Origin: Ignavibacteria bacterium
GTDB taxonomy: Bacteria > Elusimicrobiota > Endomicrobiia > PHAN01
Assembly: GCA_041694835.1 (NCBI GenBank)
Contig: JBGFRZ010000032.1
Location: 12,544 to 76,543, forward strand
Length of the DNA stretch: 64,000 nt
Direction of reading: 5' to 3'
Below are positions 1 to 8,889 of the stretch, piece after piece. Made by a program: the position numbers and the translations under genes. Every line of letters begins with the position of its first letter. Position 1 is the first letter of the stretch. The notes beneath the pieces are model-generated. The model had not been told where the DNA came from and made no database searches. It saw nothing but the letters and a program-made list of their open reading frames with translations.

Positions 1-236
1 TTGCCGTGCGTCGCCCATCTTGTGTGACCTATACCGACGGAGCCTTTAATTGGCGAGGCTTTGATGGCAAGTTCTAACTGAGCGATTTTCCCGGTGCCCC
101 TGATCCGTCGTATCTCGTCGTTTTCAATCACGGCAATCCCGGCAGAATCGTAGCCCCTGTATTCAAGCCTTTTTAATCCGTCGATGATAACGGGGACGGA
201 GTCGCTGTCGCCTATATATCCGACTATTCCGCACAT
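1..236 (-). CDS. glmS: glutamine--fructose-6-phosphate aminotransferase, N-terminal part (runs off window)
   Basis: Manual translation from ATG at 236: MCGIVGYIG...[15 protein letters not shown]...[10 protein letters not shown], the GlmS glutaminase signature with Cys2. Confidence 0.97.
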   Translation of the reverse strand, partial: MCGIVGYIGDSDSVPVIIDGLKRLEYRGYDSAGIAVIENDEIRRIRGTGKIAQLELAIKASPIKGSVGIGHTRWATHG

Positions 237-262
237 ATTAGTGATTAGTGATAGTGGTTAGT

Positions 263-538
263 TAGTGTCCTGTCCCGCAAATACCTTTACATTTGAAGGG
301 TAAGATTTGAGACGGATTCAAGAAACGACGAGTGCGGTGTAGTCTCTGGACTACATAAACGAGGAGTGACGCAGAAGCCGTCCAAATAATACCCTTCCCG
401 AAGGGCTGATGTCTTTTGTTCATCGTCGGCGTTGCTCGTCGCTCACATACCGCAGAGGGTATGCTTCGCTCCTCGCGCCTTGACGCTGAAACAAAATACG
501 AACAGCGAATGTAAAGGTATTTGCGGGACAGGACACTA
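263..538. mobile_element. 276-bp non-autonomous MITE-like element with TA ends (family B, copy 1)
   Basis: Perfect 31-bp terminal inverted repeats at 263-293 and 508-538 (TAGTGTCCTGTCCCGCAAATACCTTTACATT); internally homologous to 55714-55989 in the opposite orientation. Confidence 0.85.
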
Positions 539-561
539 CATCTTATCACTCAATTAACTTA

Positions 562-1284
562 TCAGCCTGCTTTGTTTATTTTTTCTATCATTTCTCTGAC
601 GGCGTTATCCAGTCCGACAAACACCGCTCTCGCTATTATCGAAAAACCGATGTTCAACTCGTTCATACCGGGAATTTTAACCACAGAAGTTACATTATCG
701 TAATTTAAACCGTGGCCGGCGTTCAAAATAACTCCGTTTTTTAAGGCGATTGCCGCTGCTTTTTTTAAAGTCCCGAGATTTTTTTCACATTCCTCTTTTG
801 TAGGGCTATTCGCATAAATACCCGTATGAAGCTCGACACAGTCGGCGCCTACTTTTTTCGATGACACTATCTGCGATTCTTCCGCGTTTACAAACATGCT
901 CACTCTGATGCCGGCCGATTTCAACCTCGCGACGACGCTTCTGAGATAATCTGCGTTGCCCGCAACATCCAGACCCCCCTCGGTTGTAAGTTCGCTTCTT
1001 TTTTCCGGGACGAGACAGACATCGTGGGGCATGAGTTCTAAAGCTATTTTTATGATATCTTCCGCCGCCGCCATTTCAAGGTTTAACTTTGTATTTATGT
1101 TTTTCTTTAAATCATAGACATCAGCGTCCTGTATGTGCCGCCTGTCCTCTCTCAAATGGACTGTTATCCCGTCGGCGCCCGCTTTTTCGCAAACGAGAGC
1201 GGCCTCAAGGAGATTTGGAAATCCCTCTTTCCTCGCCTGCCTTAGGGTTGCGATGTGATCTATGTTTACACCAAGTTTTACCAT
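562..1284 (-). CDS. pdxJ: pyridoxine 5'-phosphate synthase
   Basis: LGVNIDHIATLRQAR, HLREDRRHI, ELHTG and NAGHGL motifs. Confidence 0.97.
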   Translation of the reverse strand: MVKLGVNIDHIATLRQARKEGFPNLLEAALVCEKAGADGITVHLREDRRHIQDADVYDLKKNINTKLNLEMAAAEDIIKIALELMPHDVCLVPEKRSELTTEGGLDVAGNADYLRSVVARLKSAGIRVSMFVNAEESQIVSSKKVGADCVELHTGIYANSPTKEECEKNLGTLKKAAAIALKNGVILNAGHGLNYDNVTSVVKIPGMNELNIGFSIIARAVFVGLDNAVREMIEKINKAG

Positions 1285-1332
1285 AAGTTTTTATCGCGGC
1301 AAGGGATAACGGGAAAAATACTTCGCCACGAT

Positions 1333-2694
1333 TTATAATGTACTTCCCGCCGAAGCCGATTCGGACAGAAAAATCTTTTTCAACTCCTCGGCCGTTTTTC
1401 TGATTTTTTTTTCGCTTTTACCTTCTATCATTATCCTCAAAAGCGGTTCGGTGCCGGAATATCTTACAAATATCCTTCCATCTTCGGCCAAAACATTTTC
1501 TTCCTCTTTTATCTTTTTCATAAATCCGGGCAGGTTCTCAATCGGAATTTTTTTCGGCACGGCGACGTTCAACATAACCTGCGGATACATTTTTATAGAT
1601 CCGGCGAAACGCGAGAACCTCTTTCCAGTTTCTTTCGTGGCGGACAAAATACGCAATGCCGTGAGAATGCCATCGCCCGTCTTCGCGTATTTTCTGAAAA
1701 TTATATGTCCCGACTGTTCCCCTCCTATTAGCGCTCCGTTTTTTTTCATCCCTTCCAAAACATACTTGTCGCCGACGTCTGTCGTCAGAACATTTATTTT
1801 TTCATCTTTCATTTTTTTCATAAAACCCAGGTTTGTCATAACCGTAACGACGACGTTGTTTGGATTCGGCTCTTTTTTGTTTTTCAGGTAAATAGCATAT
1901 CCTCCTATTATCTGGTCGCCGTTGATATAATTTCCGCGCTCGTCGCAAAAAACAGCGCGGTCGCCGTCGCCGTCAAAAGCAATTCCACAAAAAGCGCCCT
2001 GCCTTACAGTCGCGTTTTGAATCAGAGCGGGATAAAGCGAGCCGCAGTTTCTGTTTATATTTTTCCCGTCAGGTTTTGTGTTTAAGGCCAGCACCTCGGC
2101 GCCAAGATCGGCAAAGACGCCCGGGGCGATGGCAAAGGTTGAGCCATTAGCACAGTCCAATACTATTTTCATGCCTGAGAGGTCATCCTTCACCGTTTGC
2201 TTCAAAAACGAGATGTATTCGTTTTGAAGGCTGTAATTCACGGCATTATTCGCGCTGTTTTTCTTTTTTTGCAACGGCACTTTGGAATTGAAGTACTCTT
2301 TTTCTACTTCACTTTCGATTTTTGGGGGAAGTTTTTCGCCATATTTGGTGAAGAATTTTATGCCGTTGTCCTGCCAGGGATTGTGAGAGGCCGAGATTAC
2401 GACCCCGGCTAAATATTTGTTTTTCTCAACGAGATGCGACACCGCGGGAGTGGGGATTATACCGACGTTTACAACGATAATGCCGGATTGGCGCAGCCCC
2501 GAAGAAAGTTTTTCGAATATAATGCCAGACGAGCATCTTGTATCCTGACCTATGATCGCTTTTGGTTCGACCCCTTTGTATTTTTTTCTTAAAACTATAC
2601 CCGCGGCATATCCAAGTTTCACTATGTTTCTATCTATAAGAAATCCACAACCATATCTGCCTCGGATGCCATCGGTTCCAAATAAGGTCTTCAT
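1333..2694 (-). CDS. glmM: phosphoglucosamine mutase
   Basis: FGTDGIRG, SASHNP phosphoserine loop, DGDGDR and GGEQSGH; follows cdaA. Confidence 0.95.
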   Translation of the reverse strand: MKTLFGTDGIRGRYGCGFLIDRNIVKLGYAAGIVLRKKYKGVEPKAIIGQDTRCSSGIIFEKLSSGLRQSGIIVVNVGIIPTPAVSHLVEKNKYLAGVVISASHNPWQDNGIKFFTKYGEKLPPKIESEVEKEYFNSKVPLQKKKNSANNAVNYSLQNEYISFLKQTVKDDLSGMKIVLDCANGSTFAIAPGVFADLGAEVLALNTKPDGKNINRNCGSLYPALIQNATVRQGAFCGIAFDGDGDRAVFCDERGNYINGDQIIGGYAIYLKNKKEPNPNNVVVTVMTNLGFMKKMKDEKINVLTTDVGDKYVLEGMKKNGALIGGEQSGHIIFRKYAKTGDGILTALRILSATKETGKRFSRFAGSIKMYPQVMLNVAVPKKIPIENLPGFMKKIKEEENVLAEDGRIFVRYSGTEPLLRIMIEGKSEKKIRKTAEELKKIFLSESASAGSTL

Positions 2695-2792
2695 CCTGCC
2701 CTCAGATAGAGCCAGATTAGAATGGCGAAAATGACCGCTATTATTTTTAATTCAATGTTTTCCTTGAGTTTTTCAATTAGCTTCTTCATCAT
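2691..2792 (-). CDS. 33-aa membrane peptide resembling the CdaR/YbbR N-terminal anchor only
   Basis: MMKKLIEKLKENIELKIIAVIFAILIWLYLRAG*; ATGA overlaps with both the cdaA stop and the glmM start; occupies the cdaR position; below the ORF-track cutoff. Confidence 0.75.
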   Translation of the reverse strand: MMKKLIEKLKENIELKIIAVIFAILIWLYLRAG

Positions 2793-3580
2793 TTAACATT
2801 CCTGCGCTCGGCGAATCCGTCGCCGCCTTGAGGGGTAAACATCTTGAGCATATGCTTTTCAGTTTCATCGATATTTATGTTGTAATGAAGCTGACCCCTT
2901 CTTGCAAGAGAAACCTCTCCGGTTTCCTCCGAGACGACGATAATTACTGCGTCGGATATCTCGCTTAAGCCTAAAGCGGCTCTATGTCTTGTCGCACCGT
3001 GCGGTATTTCCTTTTCTATGCTCAAAGGGAGTATGCATCCGGCGGAGAGCAACTTGGTGTTGCTTACTATCACAGCGCCGTCGTGGAGCGGCGATTTGTC
3101 CACAAATATAGAAAGTATAAGCTCTTTCTTTACGTTCGCGTTCAAAACCGTTCCTGCATCTATGTAATTCTTAAGTCCCGTTTTCCTCTCGAAAACTATA
3201 ATGGCGCCGGTTTTTGTTTTGGACAACTCCCTTATAGCATCAAATGTCTCCTTTAAGAACTCGACGTTGTCAGCCATAAAGAACTTTCCTATCGGTTGTG
3301 TCCCGAGGAAAGCAAGAACCGACCTTATTTCCTGCTGGAATATGATGGCGGCAAGTATTATGCCGGCAAGCCAAAATTGATTCAGTATCCAGTTGAATGT
3401 CTTTAAACCAAGTAATTTGGATACTATGGTGAGGAAAAAAATAAGGATTATCCCGAGGAATATCTGTATCGTCCGAGTGCCCCTGAAAAGCAAAAGGAGC
3501 CTGAAGATAATGTAACTGATTATCGCTATATCTAAAACATGAACAAGGAAATTTTTCCAGACGTCGACTAAAATATCCAT
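2789..3580 (-). CDS. cdaA: diadenylate cyclase (CdaA/DacA)
   Basis: Three N-terminal TM helices, LHDGA and RHRAA DAC motifs, VSEETG; cdaA...glmM synteny. Confidence 0.95.
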   Translation of the reverse strand: MDILVDVWKNFLVHVLDIAIISYIIFRLLLLFRGTRTIQIFLGIILIFFLTIVSKLLGLKTFNWILNQFWLAGIILAAIIFQQEIRSVLAFLGTQPIGKFFMADNVEFLKETFDAIRELSKTKTGAIIVFERKTGLKNYIDAGTVLNANVKKELILSIFVDKSPLHDGAVIVSNTKLLSAGCILPLSIEKEIPHGATRHRAALGLSEISDAVIIVVSEETGEVSLARRGQLHYNINIDETEKHMLKMFTPQGGDGFAERRNVK

Positions 3581-3597
3581 TGCATTATTTTATCTCG

Positions 3598-3664
3598 TTA
3601 GAGGTCTCCGTGGTTTGTTCATCGACTCTGTATTCTTTGGCTTTACCATAAACCCTCTAAAACT
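3598..3664. repeat. degenerate ~50-70 bp dispersed repeat (family C, copy 1)
   Basis: Core TTTGTTCATC(A/G)AC(C/T)CTG...GGCTTT shared with 30209-30276 and 31326-31376. Confidence 0.6.
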
Positions 3665-3734
3665 TCTAATGTGGCTTCCCATAAATCTCCTGATACCGGG
3701 GATTCAAATGTAAACACCACACTAACGGGTTTTA

Positions 3735-4565
3735 TCAAAAAACCGATAAAACATTGAAGAAATCCCTCGTGGCCTTCACATCGTGAACCCTGAAAATCCT
3801 CGCTCCATTCAGATACGCCGACATATTCGCCGCCATCGTCCCGAAAAGTCTATCTTCCGGAGGAGCGTCGTCAAGTATTTTTCCGATGAACGACTTTCTT
3901 GACAATCCGACGACGATTGGTCTTTTTAACTCGAGAAATTCGTTTAATTTTTTTATCAGAGCGATGTTGTGCTGAAACGTCTTTCCGAAGCCTATACCGG
4001 GATCTATCATTATGTTTTCAGAACCGATTCCTTTTTTTAAAGCGAAATCGAGCCTTTCCGTGAAAAAATCTTTTATCTCTTTGACGACATCGGAGTATGA
4101 AGGATTGTTTTGCATAGTTTCGGGGCTACCCTTCATATGCATCAATATCACGCCAACGCCAGATGCAGCGGCCACACTTGCCATTTCTCCATCGTCGTAA
4201 GTCAAGGCATATATGTCGTTAATTATCACAGCGCCGCACTCAATCGCTTTACGCGCCACAGCAGGCTTATAAGTGTCTATTGATAAAGGTATTTCAAACT
4301 TTTTTGATATTTCCTCTATTACCGGCAGAACGCGACGCACTTCTTCATTGACTTCCACGGCTTTAGAGCCCGGGCGCGTCGATTCGCCGCCCACATCTAT
4401 AATATCGGCACCGTCTTCTATCATGCTTTCCACACGTCTTAAAGATGTCTCCAAATCGGCGTGTCCGGCTCCATCATAAAATGAATCCGGTGTGACGTTT
4501 AAAACCCCCATTACAAGAGGTCTATCCGAGATATCAAATGTCTTCTCCTTTGCTTTGAAAATCAT
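3735..4565 (-). CDS. folP: dihydropteroate synthase
   Basis: MGVLNVTPDSFYDG, GGESTRPG, DPGIGFGK, SRKSF and RVHDV motifs. Confidence 0.97.
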   Translation of the reverse strand: MIFKAKEKTFDISDRPLVMGVLNVTPDSFYDGAGHADLETSLRRVESMIEDGADIIDVGGESTRPGSKAVEVNEEVRRVLPVIEEISKKFEIPLSIDTYKPAVARKAIECGAVIINDIYALTYDDGEMASVAAASGVGVILMHMKGSPETMQNNPSYSDVVKEIKDFFTERLDFALKKGIGSENIMIDPGIGFGKTFQHNIALIKKLNEFLELKRPIVVGLSRKSFIGKILDDAPPEDRLFGTMAANMSAYLNGARIFRVHDVKATRDFFNVLSVF

Positions 4566-4581
4566 CTTATGAGATTCTCGT

Positions 4582-5145
4582 TCATCTTCCGGAAATCAAC
4601 GCCATAGCCTCAGCGCGAGTCTTCGGGTCACTCTGGAAAACCCCCCTCACGGAAGATGTCACCACCCTGGCGCCGGGTTTTTTTATCCCTCTCATCGTCA
4701 TGCAGAAATGCTCCGCTTCGATGACGACTATCGTTCCATGCGGTTTCGCCACTTCCATTATGGCGTTCGCTATCTGTTGGGTTATTCTCTCCTGGAGCTG
4801 GAGTCTTCTTGAATAAGCGTCGACGATTCTGGTGAGTTTTGAGATGCCTAAAAGACGGTCTTTCTTCGGTATGTACGCTATGTGAGCCTTCCCGAAAAAT
4901 GGGAGAAGGTGGTGTTCGCAGAGACTGTATACCGGGATGTCCTTTATGAGAACTATCTCTTCGTGGTTTTCGTCCTCATAATGAACTCTTAGTATTTTTT
5001 GGGGATCGACGGCATTGCCCCACAAAGCCTCTCTATAAAACTCGGCAACCCTTTTAGGCGTGTTTTTGAGTCCCTCCCTTTCGGGATTTTCTCCCACGGC
5101 CAGAAGCAATTTCCTGATTATCTTTTCAATTTTTTTAACGTCCAT
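4582..5145 (-). CDS. folE: GTP cyclohydrolase I
   Basis: [27 protein letters not shown] and HFCMTMRG; start placed at MDVKK. Confidence 0.96.
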   Translation of the reverse strand: MDVKKIEKIIRKLLLAVGENPEREGLKNTPKRVAEFYREALWGNAVDPQKILRVHYEDENHEEIVLIKDIPVYSLCEHHLLPFFGKAHIAYIPKKDRLLGISKLTRIVDAYSRRLQLQERITQQIANAIMEVAKPHGTIVVIEAEHFCMTMRGIKKPGARVVTSSVRGVFQSDPKTRAEAMALISGR

Positions 5146-7018
5146 CTTCGGAATGTTGAGGCGATGCAATTTCATTTAAGTGCTCGTTTGCATTTGTGAA
5201 AACGGTGCCGTTTATAGGCGCAAGAGTACCGCCGGAAAGAATTGTGTCTACATCTTCTCCGTCAAGAACCTCCCTTTCGATAAGAAACTTCGCGAGGTGC
5301 ACAAGTTTTTCCTTGTTGGCGCCAAGTATTTCAGATGCGCGGTTTTTGCATTTTTCAACTATATCTTTTGTTTCGGCGTCTATTATTTCAAGGGTTTTTT
5401 CCGAGAGGTGGTTCTGCCTCGCTATCTCTCTGCCGAGGAAGATTTCCTCTTCAGGTTTCTTTAACGAAAGGGGGCCGAGTTTCTCGCCCATGCCGAACTC
5501 ATAGACCATCTTTCTTGCAACATCGGTTGCCTTTGAAAGGTCGTTTTGTCCACCGGTCGTTATCTCGTTGAACATCAACTCCTCGGCGCATCTTCCGGCG
5601 AGCAACACTGAAAGTCTTGCAAGGATTTCAGTTTTTGTCGTCAGATACTTGTCTTCAAGAGGGAGCTGAAGGGTGTATCCAAGCGCTGGTCCGCGCGGTA
5701 TTATCGATACCTTATGGACGGGGTCTGTTCCGGGCAAAATTTTTGCGACGAGGGCGTGGCCCGCCTCGTGATACGCTATTATGTTTTTCTCATGCTCGGA
5801 TATCATCCTTGATTTTCTCGCCGGGCCTGCTATAACCCTGTCGATAGCCTCTTCCATCTCCTCCATATTGACGGCTTCATTGTTTTTTCTCGCCGCAAGA
5901 AGCGCCGCTTCGTTGACGAGGTTTGCTATGTCCGAGCCAACAAAACCCGGCGTCCGTCGGGCTATTATCCTTAAATCCACTTTATCTCCTATACGCACTC
6001 CCCTGCAATGAACTTTCAATATCTCTTCGCGTCCCTTCAAATCCGGGGTGGGAACGTTTATGTGTCTGTCGAATCTTCCAGGCCTTAAAAGCGCCGGATC
6101 CAGAACATCGGGTCTGTTTGTCGCTGCTATGAGAATCACCCCCTCTTTAGTGTCAAAGCCGTCCATCTCAACAAGAATCTGATTTAGGGTCTGCTCCCGC
6201 TCGTCGTGACCGCCGCCGATACCCGCGAATCTATGTCTGCCTACGGCGTCTATCTCGTCTATAAATAAAAGACATGGGGCACTCTTTCTTCCCTGCTCGA
6301 ACAAATCCCTGACTCTGGAGGCGCCAACGCCGACAAACATCTCGACAAACTCGCTCCCCGAAGACGAAAAGAAAGGAACCCCCGCTTCACCGGCGACAGC
6401 TTTCGCAAGAAGGGTTTTTCCCGTACCGGGAGCGCCGTAGAGCAGCACGCCTTTCGGTATTTTTCCGCCGAGCTTCTGGAATTTTTTCGGGTCTTTCAGA
6501 AATTCTATTATTTCTTTCAGTTCTTCTTTCGCCTCGTCGCATCCGGCGACGTTTTCGAAAGTTATCTTTTGATCCTTCTCCGACCTGAGTTTCGCCTTAC
6601 TTTTTGCAAAAGTCATAACCTGCCTGCCACCGCCCTGCATATTGCGTAGCATGAATATCCAAAAGATGATAAACAGCAGTATCGGGCCAAAGTTCAGGAG
6701 AATCGTTCCGAACCATCCCGCCCCTGTTTCCGCCGAATAACTTTTAACCCCGTATTTTGAGAGTTCGTCCGCAAGGCGGCTGTCGGGAAGGGCGGTGGTT
6801 TTGAATTTTATTTTTTTATCGTCGACGAGATACTCGCCTCTGAGCACATTTTCCTTTACAGTCAATCTTTCCACTTTGCCTTCTTTCAATTTTTCGTAAA
6901 AAGTGGAATATGGGATATCTTCGACGAGAGTGGACTCCCTGTATGTCCTCGTTAAGTAGAATATCGCAAAAAATAAAAGCACCCAAATCAAAAGGCTTGT
7001 CCAGTTTCTTTCCTTCAT
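5135..7018 (-). CDS. ftsH: ATP-dependent zinc metalloprotease FtsH
   Basis: Two TM helices, GAPGTGKT Walker A, FIDEID Walker B, SRH, HEAGH zinc motif. Confidence 0.98.
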   Translation of the reverse strand: MKERNWTSLLIWVLLFFAIFYLTRTYRESTLVEDIPYSTFYEKLKEGKVERLTVKENVLRGEYLVDDKKIKFKTTALPDSRLADELSKYGVKSYSAETGAGWFGTILLNFGPILLFIIFWIFMLRNMQGGGRQVMTFAKSKAKLRSEKDQKITFENVAGCDEAKEELKEIIEFLKDPKKFQKLGGKIPKGVLLYGAPGTGKTLLAKAVAGEAGVPFFSSSGSEFVEMFVGVGASRVRDLFEQGRKSAPCLLFIDEIDAVGRHRFAGIGGGHDEREQTLNQILVEMDGFDTKEGVILIAATNRPDVLDPALLRPGRFDRHINVPTPDLKGREEILKVHCRGVRIGDKVDLRIIARRTPGFVGSDIANLVNEAALLAARKNNEAVNMEEMEEAIDRVIAGPARKSRMISEHEKNIIAYHEAGHALVAKILPGTDPVHKVSIIPRGPALGYTLQLPLEDKYLTTKTEILARLSVLLAGRCAEELMFNEITTGGQNDLSKATDVARKMVYEFGMGEKLGPLSLKKPEEEIFLGREIARQNHLSEKTLEIIDAETKDIVEKCKNRASEILGANKEKLVHLAKFLIEREVLDGEDVDTILSGGTLAPINGTVFTNANEHLNEIASPQHSEDGR

Positions 7019-7578
7019 TTTTCTCCTCTGTATATTTCAGGTTTTAATATTCCCACATAGGGCAGATTTCTGTATCTTTCCCTATAATCAAGACCGTATC
7101 CTACGAGAAATTTGTTTGGAACATCAAAACCCTTGTAATCGACTCTTACCTCTTTTCTTCTGGCCTCGAATTTATCGAGCAAGACGCATACTTTGAGAGA
7201 TGCCAGATCTCTTGTCATAAAGTTTCTTAAAATATAATCAAGCGTATAGCCGGTATCGACTATGTCTTCAATAATGAGAATGTCTTTGCCAACAGGAGAT
7301 TCCCTTAGATCCATAATCATCCTTACAACGCCCGATGTCTCAATCCCGCCCCGATAAGATGAAACCGAAATAAAATCCACTTTGCACGGCATCGAGATAT
7401 TTCTCATCAAATCTGCAAGAAACACGATGCTTCCCTTCAGGATGGAAACGAGAGTAAGCTCTTTGCCGCGATAATCTTCGGATATCCGAACGCCGAGTTC
7501 CCTGACTTTTTCTCTGATAGCGTCCTTTTCGATTAGAACTTTTTCGATGTCGTCGTTGGGGTTTATTGAAAACTTCAT
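7015..7578 (-). CDS. hpt: hypoxanthine phosphoribosyltransferase
   Basis: ILKGS, IIEDIVDTGYT PRPP loop, VGYGLD; tilS-hpt-ftsH synteny. Confidence 0.96.
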   Translation of the reverse strand: MKFSINPNDDIEKVLIEKDAIREKVRELGVRISEDYRGKELTLVSILKGSIVFLADLMRNISMPCKVDFISVSSYRGGIETSGVVRMIMDLRESPVGKDILIIEDIVDTGYTLDYILRNFMTRDLASLKVCVLLDKFEARRKEVRVDYKGFDVPNKFLVGYGLDYRERYRNLPYVGILKPEIYRGEK

Positions 7579-7584
7579 AATATC

Positions 7585-8535
7585 TTAACCTGAACGCCCG
7601 ACCAGATATGCCGACTTTCGCTTTTTTTCAATCAGATATCTACCTACAGAAAGACGACGGGATGAAATGTCTGACAAAAAGGCATTTATCCTGAAGAATA
7701 AATCAAAATCAAGCGGGCGACCGAGCCAGCTTCTTACCACCTCATACCTTACTATGTTATTATACCGAAAAAAGTGGGATAAATCAAGAACTCCGTCGGT
7801 AACACAACTGACGACCGCCTTTTTTGAATACGCGGCAAAAAAATCGTCCAAATCGCAAAGCAACGACGAAAGGTTGTTCAGATGCCTTATGACCGAAGGC
7901 CTGAATTTTTCAAGATATGGAATTATTTTGTTTCTGATTTTGTTTCTGAAAAATTTATCGCTCAAGTTGGTTTTATCAAGTGAATATCTGAATCTATTTT
8001 GCGAAAGATATCGCATTATCTCTTTTTTCTCAAAAAAAAGAAGTGGTCTTGAGACGCAAACCTTCGGTGAAAGCCATCTTTTCAACGGAATGCCGGCAAG
8101 ACCTTTAAGACCGACTCCCCTGAGCAACCACATTATTACCGTCTCGGCGTTGTCGTTCGCGGTGTGGGCGGTCATTATTTTATTGAAACCGTTTTTCACG
8201 GCAATATCAAGGAGATTTTTGTACCTTAAATCCCTTGCCTCTTCTTCGATAGACGCCATTTTCTGGAGATGAATTTTTCTGACGACAAATCTCCATTTGT
8301 AAGAACCGGCTATTTTTTTTACAATATCCACGTCTTTTTTTATCTCAGAGCGAGGCCTGATAGGGTGATCGAAATAGACAAGGATAGCATCGATATTGAA
8401 CAATCTCCGATATTTTCCCAGAAGGTGAGCAAGACAGACAGAGTCCACCCCGCCTGATATGGAAAGTATTATTCTGTCGTTTTTTCCGATGAGTTCGTAC
8501 TTCTTGCAGTTTTCGGCGAATTTTTTATCAAGCAT
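7585..8535 (-). CDS. tilS: tRNA(Ile)-lysidine synthetase (short form)
   Basis: SGGVDS PP-loop, EEEARDLRY, TAHTANDNAET, RPLL and RNKIR; start placed at MLDKK. Confidence 0.92.
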   Translation of the reverse strand: MLDKKFAENCKKYELIGKNDRIILSISGGVDSVCLAHLLGKYRRLFNIDAILVYFDHPIRPRSEIKKDVDIVKKIAGSYKWRFVVRKIHLQKMASIEEEARDLRYKNLLDIAVKNGFNKIMTAHTANDNAETVIMWLLRGVGLKGLAGIPLKRWLSPKVCVSRPLLFFEKKEIMRYLSQNRFRYSLDKTNLSDKFFRNKIRNKIIPYLEKFRPSVIRHLNNLSSLLCDLDDFFAAYSKKAVVSCVTDGVLDLSHFFRYNNIVRYEVVRSWLGRPLDFDLFFRINAFLSDISSRRLSVGRYLIEKKRKSAYLVGRSG

Positions 8536-8715
8536 TAAGGTGGGGGTCGAACCCACGACCTACGGCTTACTCGCCCCGCACCTTTTTATAATTTACCAGG
8601 GGTGGGGATTGAACCCACGACCTACGGCTTATGAGTCCGCTGCTCTACCACTGAGCTACCCTGGCATTAAAAGGTGCGGGGCAAGTCCGCTGCTCTACCA
8701 CTGAGCTACCCTGCT
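8531..8715 (-). pseudogene. split second copy of the same tRNA (5' half ~8684-8715, 3' half ~8531-8569) interrupted at the anticodon loop
   Basis: 8684-8713 is identical to 8634-8663; 8539-8569 matches 8601-8631 with 2 T-loop differences; the insert is bounded by 17-18 bp inverted repeats. Confidence 0.75.
8594..8665 (-). tRNA. tRNA with CAT anticodon, probably tRNA-Ile2 (elongator Met not excluded)
   Basis: GCCAGGGTAGCTCAGTGGTAGAGCAGCGGACTCATAAGCCGTAGGTCGTGGGTTCAATCCCCACCCCTGGTA folds as a cloverleaf; lacks fMet features; lies next to tilS; CCA not encoded. Confidence 0.9.
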
Positions 8716-8851
8716 AAATTTCAGTATATTGAAACCGTTGACGCTTCGCTAAAACCCGGATTTCGTGTATCTGCACCCGTCTTACGGCGCTAATTTATCA
8801 ATGAGGGCACCGCAAGGCAGTGCTCGCACAAAGACCTTTTTCAGCGAGCTC

Positions 8852-8880
8852 ATTATACAAAAAACACGATGGGAAAGCAA
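8852..8880 (-). promoter_or_regulatory. sigma70-type promoter for the tRNA-tilS-hpt-ftsH operon
   Basis: TTGCTT-17 bp-TATAAT on the minus strand. Confidence 0.6.
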
Positions 8881-8889
8881 AAATCCGAA

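Noticed and set aside
262-549. 95-aa ORF upstream of glmS, and a possible glmS ribozyme
   Set aside because: The ORF coincides with the TIR-bounded element that has a homolog at 55714-55989; the glmS ribozyme core was not found.
8539-8713. tRNA fragment duplications as attL/attR of an integrated element
   Set aside because: No integrase nearby; both halves are duplicated and enclose the intact tRNA within about 180 bp, unlike a prophage or island scar.
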